A DNA stretch of 64,000 bases, taken from assembly GCA_038087875.1 (NCBI GenBank), contig JAXLNO010000385.1:1240001-1304000 (forward strand), written 5' to 3'. This document shows, in pieces, positions 22,538 through 35,468 of this stretch. The translations under genes were made by a program, and so were the position numbers. The first letter of the stretch is position 1. Each line of letters starts with the position of its first letter. The stretch comes from Malacoraja senta (taxonomy: Eukaryota). The notes under the pieces were generated by a model. That model searched no databases, was not told where the DNA came from, and saw only the letters and a list, made by a program, of their open reading frames with translations.

Positions 22538-24960
22538 ACCGTCCAAGTCGCACTCCTGATAACGTCACGCGGCAGGCAGCCTTTCAGATCGCGATCGCTG
22601 CAGGTAAGACCCGATTTTTCTCCCGTTTCAGTTTTCTTCGGCACGGAGCTAGTTGGCGCTGGACTCAAGCCTCCATAGCGCCACCGGAAGTGAGTTCTAG
22701 AGAGAGTTCGAGATAGACTTCGTTCGAGATATATTTCGAGTTCGAGATAAAGTTCGCGATATTGTTCGAGGTCGAGATAGTTCGAGTTCGCGTTCGAGCT
22801 CTAGATAGTTCGAGTTCGAGTTCGTATTTGAGTTCGCGAAAGAGTTCGAGATAGATATAGAGTTCATGATAAAATTCGAGAAAGAGTTCGAGTTCAAGTT
22901 CGATTTGGAGTTGGTGTTCGAGTTCGCGTTCGAGTTCGAGATATAGTTCAAGCTCGAGTTCGAGGGAGAGTTCGAGTTCAAGAGAGATTTGGAGTTCGAG
23001 TTAACTGAATGAATGAATGAATGCATAAGTTTATTGGCCATGTATTCACATACAAGGAGTTTATCTTGGTGCTCCGCCCGCAAGTCGATAGAGATAGAGT
23101 TCGAGTTCGAGTTCGAGATAGATTTCGAGTTCGAGATTGAGTTCGTGATAGAATTAGAGATAGAGTTCGAGTTCGAGTTCGAGATAGATTTCGAGTTCGA
23201 GATTAAGTTCGTGATAGAATTAGAGATAGAGTTCGAGTTCATGTTCGAGTTGGAGTTGGTTCGAGTTCAAGATAGAGTTCGAGTTCAAGTTCAATTCGTT
23301 TGAGTTCGAGTTCAAGATAGAGTTCGAGTTCAAGTTCAATTCCTTTGAGTTCGAGTTCGAGTACGTTCGAGTTCGAGTTTTGGTTAGAGAGAGAGAGATC
23401 GAGATAGAGTTCGTGTTCGAATTCGTGTTCGAGTTCGAGATAAAATTCGAGTTCGAGTTCGTTCGCGCTCGAGTTCGTTCGAGATGGAGTTCGAGTTCGA
23501 GAGAGTTCGAGATAGTTCGAGCTCGAGATAGATTTCGAGTTCGAGAGAGAGTACGAGTTCGAGTTCGAGTTTTAGGTAGAGAGAGAGTTCGAGATAGAGT
23601 TCGAGTTCAAGATAGAGTTCGAGTTCGCGTTCGAGATAGTTCGAGATAGAGTTCGAGTTCGAGAGACTTCCAGTTCGAGTTCGAGATAAGAGTTCGAGTT
23701 CGAGATAGAGTACGAGTTGAATGAATGAACGAATGTATACGTTTATTGGCCAAGTATTCACAAACAACGAGTTTGCCTTGGTGCTCCGCCCGTAAGACGA
23801 AATCCAACTCGAGTTCGAGATCGAATTCTAGTTTGAGTTCGAGTTGGATTTCGAGTTCGAGATAAAGTTCGAGGTCGAGATAGTTCGAGTTCGAATTCGA
23901 GTTTTAGCTAGAGATAGAGTTCGAGTTCAAGATAGATTTTGAGTTCGAGTTCAAGATAAAGTTCGAGTTCGAGATCGAGTTTGAGATCGAGTTCGCGTTT
24001 GAGATAGTTCGAGATAGTTCGAGATATAGTACGAGAGAGAATTCGAGATAGAGTTCGAGAGAGAGTTCGAGAGAGAGTTCGAGAGAGAGTTCGAGTTAGT
24101 TCAAGTTGGAGTTGGAGATGGAGTTGGAGTTCGAGATAGAGTTCGAGTTAAATGAATGAATGAATGAATGAATACGTTTATTGGCCAAGTATTCACATAC
24201 AAGGAATTTGCCTTGGTGCTCCGCCCGTAACTCGAGTTTGAGATCGATTTCGAGTTCGAGTTCGAGATAGATTTCGAGTTCAAGATAGAGTTCGAGTTCG
24301 AGTTCAAGATAGTTCGAGTTCGAGTTCGAGATCGAGTTCGCGTTCGAGATAGTTCGAGATAGAGTTCGAGATAGAGTTTGAGTTCGAGAGAGAGTTTGAG
24401 TTCGAGAGAGAGTTTGAGTTCGAGAGAGTTCGAGATAGAGTTCGAGATAGAGTTCGAGTTCGAGATAGAGATCGAGTTCGAGATAGTTCGAGTTCGAGTT
24501 CGAGATAGAGTACGAGTTCGAGTCCGAGTTTTAGTTCGAGAGAGAGTTCGAGATAGAGTTCGAGTTCGAGTTCGAGTTGACGGAATGAATGAATGAATGA
24601 ATGAATGAATGAATGAATACGTTTATTGGCAATGTATTCACATAGAAGCAATTTGCCTTGGAGCTCCGCCCGCAAGTCGAACTCGAACTCGAGTTCGAGA
24701 TAGTGTACGAGTTCGAGTTCGAGATGGAGATAGAGTTCGAGTTCGAGATAGAGTTCGTGATAGAGTTCGATTTCAAGTTTGAGCTCGAGTTCGAGCTAAA
24801 TGAATGAATGAATGAATGAATGTTTATTGGCAAAGTATTCACATACAAGGAATTTGCCTTGGTGCTCCGCCCGTAAGTCGAAATCCAACTTGAGTTCGAG
24901 ATCGAATTCGAGTTCGAGTTCGAGATAGATTTGGAGTTCGAGATAAAGTTCGAGGTCGAG

Positions 24961-27900
24961 ATATCAACGGTGGAGAGAGTGAACATTTTCAAATTCCTGG
25001 CGTGCATATTTCCGAAGATCTTTCCTGGACCCAGCACACTGATGCAATTATAAATAAAGCACAGCAACGCCTCTACTTCCTGAGAAGATTACGGAGATTC
25101 GGTGTGTCAAAGAGGATTCTCTTGAACATCTACAAGTCCATCACCGGCTCTGACCTCCCCACCATTGTTGGGATTTACCGGAGTCGCTGCCTCAAAAAGG
25201 AATTTGCCTTGGTGCTCCGCCCGCAAGTCGTACTCGAACTCGAACTCGAGTTCAAGATCGTGTTCGAAATATAGTACGTTCGAGTGCGAGTTCGAGTTCG
25301 AGATAGAGATCGAGATCGAGTTCGAGATAGAGTTTGAGTTCGAGAGAGATTTCGAGTTCGAGTTGACGGAATGCATGAATGAATGAATGAATGTTTATTG
25401 GCCAAGTTTTCACGTACAAGGAGTTTACCTTGGTGCTCTGCCCGTAAGTCGAAATCCAACTCGAGTTAGAGATCGAATTCGAATTCGAGTTCGAGATAGA
25501 TTTCGAGTTGGAGTTCGAGATAGATTTCGATTTCGAGATGAAGTTCGAGGTCGAGATAGTTCGAGTTCGAATTCGAGTTTTAGCTAGAGATAGAGTTCGA
25601 GTTCAAAATAGTTCGTTCGAGTTCAAGATAAAGTTCGAGATCGAGATCGAGTTTGATATCAAGTTCGCGTTCGAGATAGTTCGAGATAGTTCAAGTTCGA
25701 GAGAGAGTTCGAGATATTTCGAGTTCGAGATAAGAGTTTGAGTTCGAGAGAGAGTTCGAGTTCGAGTTGACTGAATGCATGAATGAATAAGTTTATTGGC
25801 CATGTATTCACATAAAAGTAATTTGCCTTGATGCTCCGCCCGTAAGTAGAGCTCGAGTTCGAGATCGAGTTCGAGATAGAGATAGAGTTCGAGTTCGAGA
25901 TATTCGTGATAGATTTCGAGTTCGAGTTCAATAGACAATAGACAATAGACAATAGGTGCAGGAGCAGGCCACTTGTCCCTTCGAGCCAGCACTGCCACTC
26001 AATGTGATCATGGCTGATTTCCCCCAATCAGTACCCCGTTCCTGCCTTCTCCCAATATCCCCTGACTCCTCTATTTTTAACTATTTAGCTCTCTCTTAAA
26101 AGCATCCAGAGAACCTGCCTCCACCGCCCTCTGAGGGAGAGAATTCCACGGACTCACCACTCTCGGTGAGAAAAGCGTTTTCTCGTCTCCGTTCTAAATG
26201 GCTTACTCCTTATTCTTAAACTGTGGTCCCTGGTTCTGGACTTCCCTAACATCGGGAACATGTGTCCTGCCTCTAGTGTGTCCAAGCCCTTAACAATCTT
26301 ATATGTTTCAATGAGATGGCCTCTCATCCTTCTAAACTCCAATGTGTCCAAGCCCAGTTGCTCCATTCTCTGAGCATTTGACAGTCCAGCCATCCCGGGA
26401 ATTAACCCTGTAAACCTACGCTGCACTCCCTCAATAGCAAGAATGTCCTTCCTCAAATTAGGGGACCAAAACTGCACACAATACTCCAGGTGTGGTCTCA
26501 CTAGGGCTCTGTACTACTGCAGAAGGACCTCTTTGCTCCTATATTCGATTCCTCTTGTTATAAAGGCCAACATGCCATTTGATTTCTTCACAGCCTGCTG
26601 TACCTGCATGTTTACTTTCATAGACTGGTGTACAAGGACCCCAGATCCCGTTGTACTTCCCCTTTTCCCAACTTGACGCCATTTAGTTAGTAATCTGCCT
26701 TCCTGTTTTTGCTACCACAGTGGATAACCTCACATTTATCCGCATTAAACTTCATCTGCCATGCATCTGCCCACTCCCCAACCTGTCCAAGTCACCCTGC
26801 ATTCTCATAGCATCCTCCTCACAGTTCACACTGCCACCCAGCTTTGTATTATCTGCAAATTTGCTAATGTTACTTTGAATCCCTTCATCCAAATCATTGA
26901 TGTATATTGTAAATAGCTGAGGTCGCAGCACCGAGCCTTGCGGTACCCCACTAGTCACTGCCTGCCATTCTGAAAGGACCCGTTAATCCTTACTCTTTGT
27001 TTCCTGTCTGCCAACCACTTCTCTCTCCATGTCAGCACTCTACACCCAATACCATGTGCCCTAATTTTGCCCACTAATCTCCTATGTGGGAACTTATCAA
27101 ATGCTTTCTGAAAGTCCAGGTACACTACATCCACGGGCTCTCCCTTGTCCATTTACCGAGTTACATCTTCAAAAAATTCCAGAAGATTAATCAAGCATGA
27201 TTTCCCCTTCGTAAATCCAAGTTGGAGTTGGAGTTGGAGTTGGAGTTCGAGATAGAGCTCGAGTTCGAGATCAAGTTCGAGCTCGAGTTCGAGTTAAATG
27301 AATGAATGAATGAATGAATGAATAAGTTTATTGGCCAAGTATTCACATACAAGGAATTTGCCTAGGTGCTCCGCCCGTAACTTGAACTCCAACTCGAGTT
27401 CGAGATCGAATTCGAGTTCGAGTACGATTTCGGGTTCGAGGTAGATAGTTTTCGAGTTCGAGATGGAGTTCGTGATAGAGTTCGAGTTAGAGTTCGAGTT
27501 CAAGTTCGAGTTGGAGTTGGATTTCGAGATCGAGTTCGAGTTCGAGTTTGGAGAGAGTTCGAGATAGTGTTAGTTCGAATTCGAATTCGAGTTCTAGAGC
27601 GAGTTCTAGAGAGAGTTCGAGATAGACTTCGAGTTCGAGATATATTTCGAGTTCGAGATAAAGTTCGCGATAGTGTTCGAGTTCGAGATAGAGTTCGAGT
27701 TCGCGTTCGAGTTCTAGATAGTTCGAGTTCGAGATAGAGTTCGAGTTCGAGTTCATATTCGAGTTCGCGAAAGAGTTCGAGATAGATATATAGTTCGTGA
27801 TAAAATTCGAGAAAGAGTTCGAGTTCAAGTTCGATTTGGAGTTGGTGTTCGAGTTCGCGTTCGAGTTCGAGATATAGTTCGAGCTCGAGTTCGAGAGAGT

Positions 27901-29830
27901 TCGAGTTCAAGAGAGATTTCGAGTTCGAGTTAACTGAATGAATGTATGAATGCATAAGTTTATTGGCCATGTATTCACATACAAGGTGTTTATCTTGGTG
28001 CTCCGCCCGCAAGTCGATAGAGATAGAGTTCGAGTTCGAGTTCGAGATAGAGTTCGAGTTCGAGATTGAGTTCGTGATAGAATTAGAGATAGTGTTCGAG
28101 TTCGAGTTCGAGATAGAGTTCGAGTTCGAGATTAAGTTCGTGATAGAATTAGAGATAGAGTTCGAGTTCATGTTCGAGTTGGAGTTGGTTCGAGTTCAAG
28201 ATAGAGTTCGAGTTCAAGTTCAATTCGTTTGAGTTCGAGTTCAAGATAGAGTTCGAGTTCAAGTTCAATTCCTTTGAGTTCGAGTTCGAGATAGAGTACG
28301 TTCGAGTTCGAGTTTTCGTTAGAGAGAGAGAGATCGAGATAGAGTTCGTGTTCGAATTCGAGTTCGAGTTCGAGATAAAATTCGAGTTCGAGTTCGTTCG
28401 CGCTCGAGTTCGTTCGAAATGGAGTTCGAGTTCGAGAGAGTTCGAGATAGTTCGAGCTCGAGATAGATTTCGGGTTCGAGATAGAGTACGAGTTCGAGTT
28501 CGAGTTTTAGGTAGAGGGAGAGTTCGAGATAGAGTTCGAGTTCAAGATAGAGTTCGAGTTCGCGTTCGAGATAGTACGAGATAGAGTTCGAGTTCGAGAG
28601 AGTTCGAGTTCGAGTTCGAGATAAGAGTTCGAGTTCGAGATAGAGTACGAATTGAATGAATGAATGAATGTATAAGTTTATTGGCCAAGTATTCACAAAC
28701 AAGGAGTTTGCCTTGGTGCTCCGCCCGTAAGACGAAATGCAACTCGAGTTCGAGATCGAATTCTAGTTTGAGTTCGAGTTGGATTTCGAGTTCGAGATAA
28801 AGTTCGAGGTCGAGATCGAGTTTGAGATCGAGTTCGCGTTTGAGATTGTTCGAGATAGTTCGAGATATAGTACGAGTTCGAGTTTTAGTTAGAGAGAGAA
28901 TTAGAGATAGAGTTCGAGAGAGAGTTCGAGAGAGAGTTCGAGTTAGAGTTCAAGTTGGAGTTGGAGTTGGAGTTGGAGTTCGAGATAGAGTTCGAGTTAA
29001 ATGAATGAAATGAATGAATGAATAGGTTTATTGGCCAAGTATTCACATACAAGGAATTTGCCTTGGTGCTCCGCCCGTAACTCGAACTCCAACTCGAGTT
29101 TGAGATCGATTTCGAGTTCGAGTTCGAGATAGACTTCGAGTTCAAGATAGAGTTCGAGTTCGAGTTCAAGATAGTTCGAGTTCGAGTTCGAGATCGAGTT
29201 CGCGTTCGAGAGAGCTCGAGATAGAGTTCGAGATAGAGTTTGAGTTCGAGAGAGAGTTTGAGTTCGAGAGAGAGTTCGAGAGAGTTCGAGATAGAGTTCG
29301 AGATAGAGTTCGAGTTCGAGATAGAGTTCGAGTTCGAGATAGTTCGAGTTCGAGTTCGAGATAGAGTACGAGTTCGAGTTTTAGTTCGAGAGAGAGTTCG
29401 AGATAGAGTTCGAGTTCGAGTTCGAGTTGACGGAATGAATGAATGAATGAATGAGTGCATGAATGAATGAATGAATAAGTTTATTGGCAATGTATTCACA
29501 TAGAAGGAAATTGCCTTGGTGCTCCGCCCGCAAGTCGAACTCGAACTCGAGTTTGAGAACGAGTTCGAGATAGAGTACGAGTTCGAGTTCGAGATGGAGA
29601 TAAAGTTCGAGTTCGAGATAGAGTTCGTGATAGAGTTCGAGTTCAAGTTTGAGCTCGAGTTCGAGCTAAATGAATGAATGAATGAATGAATGTTTATTGG
29701 CAAAGTATTCACATACAAGGAATTTGCCTTGGTGCTCCGCCCGTAAGTCGAAATCCAACTCGAGTTCGAGATCGAATTCGGGTTCGAGTTCGAGATAGAT
29801 TTGGAGTTCGAGATAAAGTTCGAGGTCGAG
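24961..29830 (+). repeat. Higher-order tandem unit B (4870 bp)
   Basis: Junction GAGGTCGAG|ATATCAACGG. One partial and eight full cores, plus a CR1 fragment. Confidence 0.92.
25929..27219 (-). mobile_element. CR1 fragment (copy 2 of 3, duplicated with the unit)
   Basis: Same end points as 14603-15889. Confidence 0.92.
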
Positions 29831-32800
29831 ATATCAACGGTGGAGAGAGTGAATATTTTCAAATTCCTGGCGTGCATATTTCCGAAGATCTTTCCTGGAC
29901 CCAGCACACTGATGCAATTATAAGTAAAGCACAGCAACGCCTCTACTTCCTGAGAAGATTACGGAGATTCGGTGTGTCAAAGAGGATTCTCTTGAACTTC
30001 TACAGGTGTAAAGTGGAGAACATATTGTCTGGTTGCACCATGGCCTGGTTCGACAACTACCCAGTCCATCACCGGCTCTGACCTCCCCACCATTGTTGGG
30101 ATTTACCGGAGTCGCTGCCTCAAAAAGGAATTTGCCTTGGTGCTCCGCCCGCAAGTCGTACTCGAACTCGAACTCGAGTTCAAGATCGTGTTCGAGATAT
30201 AGTCCGTTCGAGTGCGAGTTCGAGTTCGAGATCGAGATCCAGATCGAGTTCGAGATAGAGTTTGAGTTCGAGAGAGAGTTCGAGAGAGAGTTGACGGAAT
30301 GCATGAATGAATGAATGAATGTTTATTGGCCAAGTTTTCACGTACAAGGAGTTTACCTTGGTGCTCCGCCCGTAAGTCGAAATCCAACTCGAGTTCGAGA
30401 TCGAATTCGAATTCGAGTTCGAGATAGATTTCGAGTTGGAGTTCGAGATAGATTTCGATTTCGAAATAAAGTTCGAGGTCGAGATAGTTCGAGTTCGAAT
30501 TCGAGTTTTAGCTAGAGATAGAGTTCGAGTTCAATATAGTTCGTGTTCGAGTTCAAGATAAAGTTCGAGATCGAGATCGAGTTTGATATCAAGTTCGCGT
30601 TCGAGATAGTTCGAGATAGTTCAAGTTCGAGAGAGAGTTCGAGATATTTCGAGTTCGAGATAAGAGTTTGAGTTCGAGAGAGAGTTCGGGTTCGAGTTGA
30701 CTGAATGCATGAATAAATGAATGAATAAGTTTATTGGCCATGTATTCACATAAAAGTAATTTGCCTTGATGCTCCGCCCGTAAGTCGAGCTCGAGTTCGA
30801 GATCGAGTTCGAGATAGAGATAGAGTTCGAGTTCGAGATATTCGTGATAGAGTTCGAGTTCGAGTTCGAGTTCAATAGACAATAGACAATAGACAATAGG
30901 TGCAGGAGTAGGCCATTTGTCCCTTCGAGCCAGCACCGCCACTCAATGTGATCATGGCTGATTTTCCCCAATCAGTACCCCGTTCCTGCCTTCTCCCAAT
31001 ATCCACTGACTCCGCTATTTTTAACCCCTATCTAGCTCTCTCTTGAAAGCATCCAGAGAACCTGCCTCCACCGCCCTCTGAGGCAGAGAATTCCACGGAC
31101 TCACCACTCTCGGTGAGAAAAAGCGTTTTCTCGTCTCCGTTCTAAATGGCTTACTCCTTATTCTTAAACTGTGGTCCCTGGTTCTGGACTTACATAACAT
31201 CGGGAACATGTGTCCTGCCTCTAGTGTGTCCAAGCCCTTAACAATCTTATATGTTTCAATGAGATGCCATCTCATCCTTCTAATCTCCAAAGTGTCCAAG
31301 CCCAGTTGCTCCATTCTCTGAGCATTTGACAGTCCAGCCATCCCGGGAATTAACCTTGTAAACCTACGCTGCACTCCCTCAATAGCAAGAATGTCCTTCC
31401 TCAAATTAGGGCACCAAAACTGCACACAATACTCCAGGTGTGGTCTCACTAGGGCTCTGTACTACTGCAGAAGGACCTCTTTGCTCCTATATTCGATTCC
31501 TCTTGTTATAAAGCCTAACATGCCATTTGATTTCTTCACAGCCTGCTGTACCTGCATGTTTACTTTCATAGACTGGTGTACAAGGACCCCCAGATCCCGT
31601 TGTACTTCCCTTTTCCCAACTTGACGCCATTTAGTTAGTAATCTGCCTTCCTGGTTTTGCTACCACAGTGGATCACCTCACATTTATCCGCATTAAACTT
31701 CAGCTGCCATGCATCTGCCACTCCCCAACCTGTCCAAGTCACCCTGCATTCTCATAGCATCCTCCTCACAGTTCACACTGCCACCCAGCTTTGTATTATC
31801 TGCAAATTTGCTAATGTTACTTTGAATCCCTTCATCCAAATCATTGATGTATATTGTAAATAGCTGACGTCGCAGCACCGAGCCTTGCGGTACGCCACTA
31901 GTCACTGCCTGCCATTCTGAAAGGGACCCTTTAATCCTTACTCTTTATTTCCTGTCTGCCAACCACTTCTCTATCCATGTCAGCACTCTACACCCAATAC
32001 CATGTGCCCTAATTTTGCCCACTAATCTCCTATGTGGGACCTTATCAAATGCTTTGTGAAAGTCCAGGTACACTACATCCACGGGCTCTCCCTTGTCCAT
32101 TTACCGAGTTACATCTTCAAAAAATTCCAGAACATAAATCAAGCATGATTTCCCCTTCGTAAATCCAAGTTGGAGTTGGAGTTGGAGTTGGAGTTCGAGA
32201 TATAGCTCGAGTTCGAGATCAAGTTCGAGCTCGAGTTCGAGTTAAATGAATGAATGAATGAATGAATGAATGAATGAATGAATGAATAAGTTTATTGGCC
32301 AAGTATTCACATACAAGGAATTGCCTAGGTGCTCCGCCCGTAACTTGAACTCCAACTCGAGTTCGAGATCGAATTCGAGTTCGAGTGCGATTTCGAGTTC
32401 GAGATAGATAGTTTTCGAGTTCGAGATGGTGTTCGTGATAGAGTTCGTGTTAGAGTTCGAGTTCAAGTTCGAGTTGGAGTTGGATTTCGAGATCGAGTTC
32501 GAGTTCGAGTTTGGGAGAGAGTTCGAGATAGTGTTAGTTCGAATTCGAATTCGAGTTCTAGAGCGAGTTCTAGAGAGAGTTCGAGATAGACTTCGAGTTC
32601 GAGATATATTTCGAGTTCGAGATAAAGTTCGCGATAGTGTTCGAGTTCGAGATAGAGTTCGAGTTCGCGTTCGAGTTCTAGATAGTTCGAGTTCGAGATA
32701 GAGTTCGAGTTCGAGTTCATATTCGAGTTCGCGATAGAGTTCGAGATAGATATAGAGTTCGTGATAAAATTCGAGAAAGAGTTCGAGTTCAAGTTCGATT

Positions 32801-34780
32801 TGGAGTTGGTGTTCGAGTTCGCGTTCGAGTTCGAGATATAGTTCGAGCTCGAGTTCGAGAGAGAGTTCGAGTTCAAGAGAGATTTCGAGTTCGAGTTAAC
32901 TGAATGAATGTATGAATGCATAAGTTTATTGGCCATGTATTCACATACAAGGTGTTTATCTTGGTGGTGCTCCGCCCGCAAGTCGATCGAGATAGAGTTC
33001 GAGTTCGAGTTCGAGATAGAGTTCCAGTTCGAGATTGAGTTCGTGATAGAATTAGAGATAGTGTTCGAGTTCGAGTTCGAGATAGAGTTCGAGTTCGAGA
33101 TTAAGTTCGTGATAGAATTAGAGATAGAGTTCGAGTTCATGTTCGAGTTGGAGTTGGTTCGAGTTCAAGATAGAGTTCGAGTTCAAGTTCGATTCGTTGG
33201 AGTTCGAGTTCAAGATAGAGTTCGAGTTCAAGTTCAATTCCTTTGAGTTCGAGTTCGAGATAGAGTACGTTCGAGTTCGAGTTTTGGTTAGAGAGAGAGA
33301 GATCGAGATAGAGTTCGTGTTCGAATTCGAGTTCGAGTTCGAGATAAAATTCGAGTTCGAGTTCGATCGCGCTCGAGTTCGTTCGAAATGGAGTTCGAGT
33401 TCGAGAGAGTTCGAGATAGTTCGAGCTCGAGATAGATTTCGAGTTCGAGATAGAGTACGAGTTCGAGTTCGAGTTTTAGGTAGAGAGAGAGTTCGAGATA
33501 GAGTTCGAGTTCAAGATAGAGTTCGAGTTCGCGTTCGAGATAGTTCGAGATAGAGTTCGAGTTCGAGAGAGTTCGAGTTCGAGATAAGAGTTCGAGTTCG
33601 AGATAGAGTACGAGTTGAATGAATGAATGAATATATAAGTTTATTGGACAAGTATTCACAAACAAGGAGTTTGTCTTGGTGCTCCGCCCGTAAGACGAAA
33701 CCCAACTCGAGTTCGAGATCGAATTCTAGTTTGAGTTCGAGTTGGATTTCGAGTTCGAGATAAAGTTCGAGGTCGAGATCGAGTTTGAGATCGAGTTCGC
33801 GTTTGAGATTGTTCGAGATAGTTCGAGATATAGTACGAGTTCGAGTTTTAGTTAGAGAGAGAATTAGAGATAGAGTTCGAGAGAGAGTTCGAGAGAGAGT
33901 TCGAGTTAGAGTTCAAGTTGGAGTTGGTTGGAGTTGGAGTTCGAGATAGAGTTCGAGTTAAATGAATGAATGAATGAATGAATACGTTTATTGGCCAAGT
34001 ATTCACATACAAGGAATTTGCCTTGGTGCTCCGCCCGTAACTCGAACTCCAACTCGAGTTTGAGATCGATTTCGAGTTCGAGTTCGAGATAGACTTCGAG
34101 TTCAAGATAGAGTTCGAGTTCGAGTTCAAGATAGTTCGAGTTCGAGTTCGAGATCGCGTTCGAGAGAGCTCGAGATAGTTCGAGATAGAGTTTGAGTTCG
34201 AGAGAGAGTTTGAGTTCGAGAGAGAGTTCGAGAGAGTTCGAGATAGAGTTCGAGATAGAGTTCGAGTTCGAGATAGAGTTCGAGTTCGAGATAGTTCGAG
34301 TTCGAGTTCGAGATAGAGTACGAGTTCGAGTTTTAGTTCGAGAGAGAGTTCGAGATAGTTCGAGTTCGAGTTCGAGTTGACGGAATTAATGAATGAATGA
34401 ATGAGTGAATGGATGAATGAATGAATAAGTTTATTGGCAATGTATTCACAGAGAAGGAATTTGCCTTGGTGCTCCGCCCGCAAGTCGAACTCGAACTCGA
34501 GTTTGAGAACGAGTTCGAGATAGAGTGCGAGTTCGAGTTCGAGATGGAGATAGAGTTCGAGTTCGAGATAGAGTTCGTGATAGAGTTCGAGTTCAAGTTT
34601 GAGCTCGAGTTCGAGCTAAATCAATGAATGAATGAATGAATGTTTATTGGCAAAGTATTCACATACAAGGAATTTGCCTTGGTGCTCCGCCCGTAAGTCG
34701 AAATCCATCTCGAGTTCGAGATCGAATTCGAGTTCGAGTTCGAGATAGATTTGGAGTTCGAGATAAAGTTCAAGGTCGAG
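29831..34780 (+). repeat. Higher-order tandem unit C (4950 bp)
   Basis: Same junction and same core-variant order. Ends ..AAGGTCGAG and continues into unduplicated satellite. Confidence 0.92.
30873..32167 (-). mobile_element. CR1 fragment (copy 3 of 3)
   Basis: Same end points as the other two copies. Confidence 0.92.
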
Positions 34781-35468
34781 ATAGTTCGAGTTCGGATTCG
34801 AGTTTTAGCTGGAGATAGAGTTCGAGTTCAAGATAGATTTTGAGTTTGAGTTCTAGAGATAGTTCGAGTTCGAGTTGACTGAACGCATGAATGAAAGAAT
34901 GAATAAGTTTATTGGGCATGTATTCACATACAAGGAATTGGCCTTGGTGCTCCGCCCGCAAGTCGAACTCGAGTTCGAGATCGAGTTCGAGATAGAGTTC
35001 GAGATCGAGATAGAGTTCGAGTTCCAGTAGGAGTTCGAGTTCGTTAGATTTCGAGTTCGAGATAGAGTTTGAGGTCGAGATATTTAGCGTTCGAATTCGA
35101 GTTTTAGCCAGAGATAGAGTTCGAGTTCGAGTTTTTAGTTCGAGAGAGATTTCGAGATAGATTTCGAGTTCGAATTAAAATTTGAGATAGAGTTCGAGTT
35201 GAATGAATGAATAAGTTTATTGGCCAAGTATTCACAAAGAAGGAATTTGCCTTGATGCTCAGCCCGCAAGTCGAACTCAACCTCGAAATCGAGATAGAGT
35301 TTGCGTTCGAGTTCGAGTTCGAGTTCGAGTTCGAAATAGATTTCGACTTCGAGATAGTTCGAGTTAGAGATCGAGTTCGAGTTCGAGAGAGAGTTCGAAT
35401 TCGAATTCGAATTCCAGTTCGAGATCGAGATCGAGTTCGCGTTCGATTGAGAGTTCGTCATAGAGTTC

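Larger units (their letters stand above)
16326..22691 (-). mobile_element. Full-length L1-clade LINE, apparently intact
   Basis: 5' end ACTTCCGGTGGCG, two open ORFs, AATAAA and A-tail. TSD GAGTTCT at 16319-16325 and 22692-22698. Empty sites at 27601 and 32565. Confidence 0.97.
13586..24960 (+). repeat. Higher-order tandem unit A (contains the L1 insertion 16326-22691)
   Basis: Starts ATATCAACGGTGGAG. Same order of Rex piece, cores and CR1 fragment as units B and C. Confidence 0.9.

Noticed and set aside
22538..22546. ORF1 start at 22546 as given in the ORF track
   Set aside because: That codon is TTG. The first ATG is at 22537.
14603..32167. Three independent site-specific CR1 insertions
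   Set aside because: Identical end points and shared flanks show one insertion copied by the tandem duplication.
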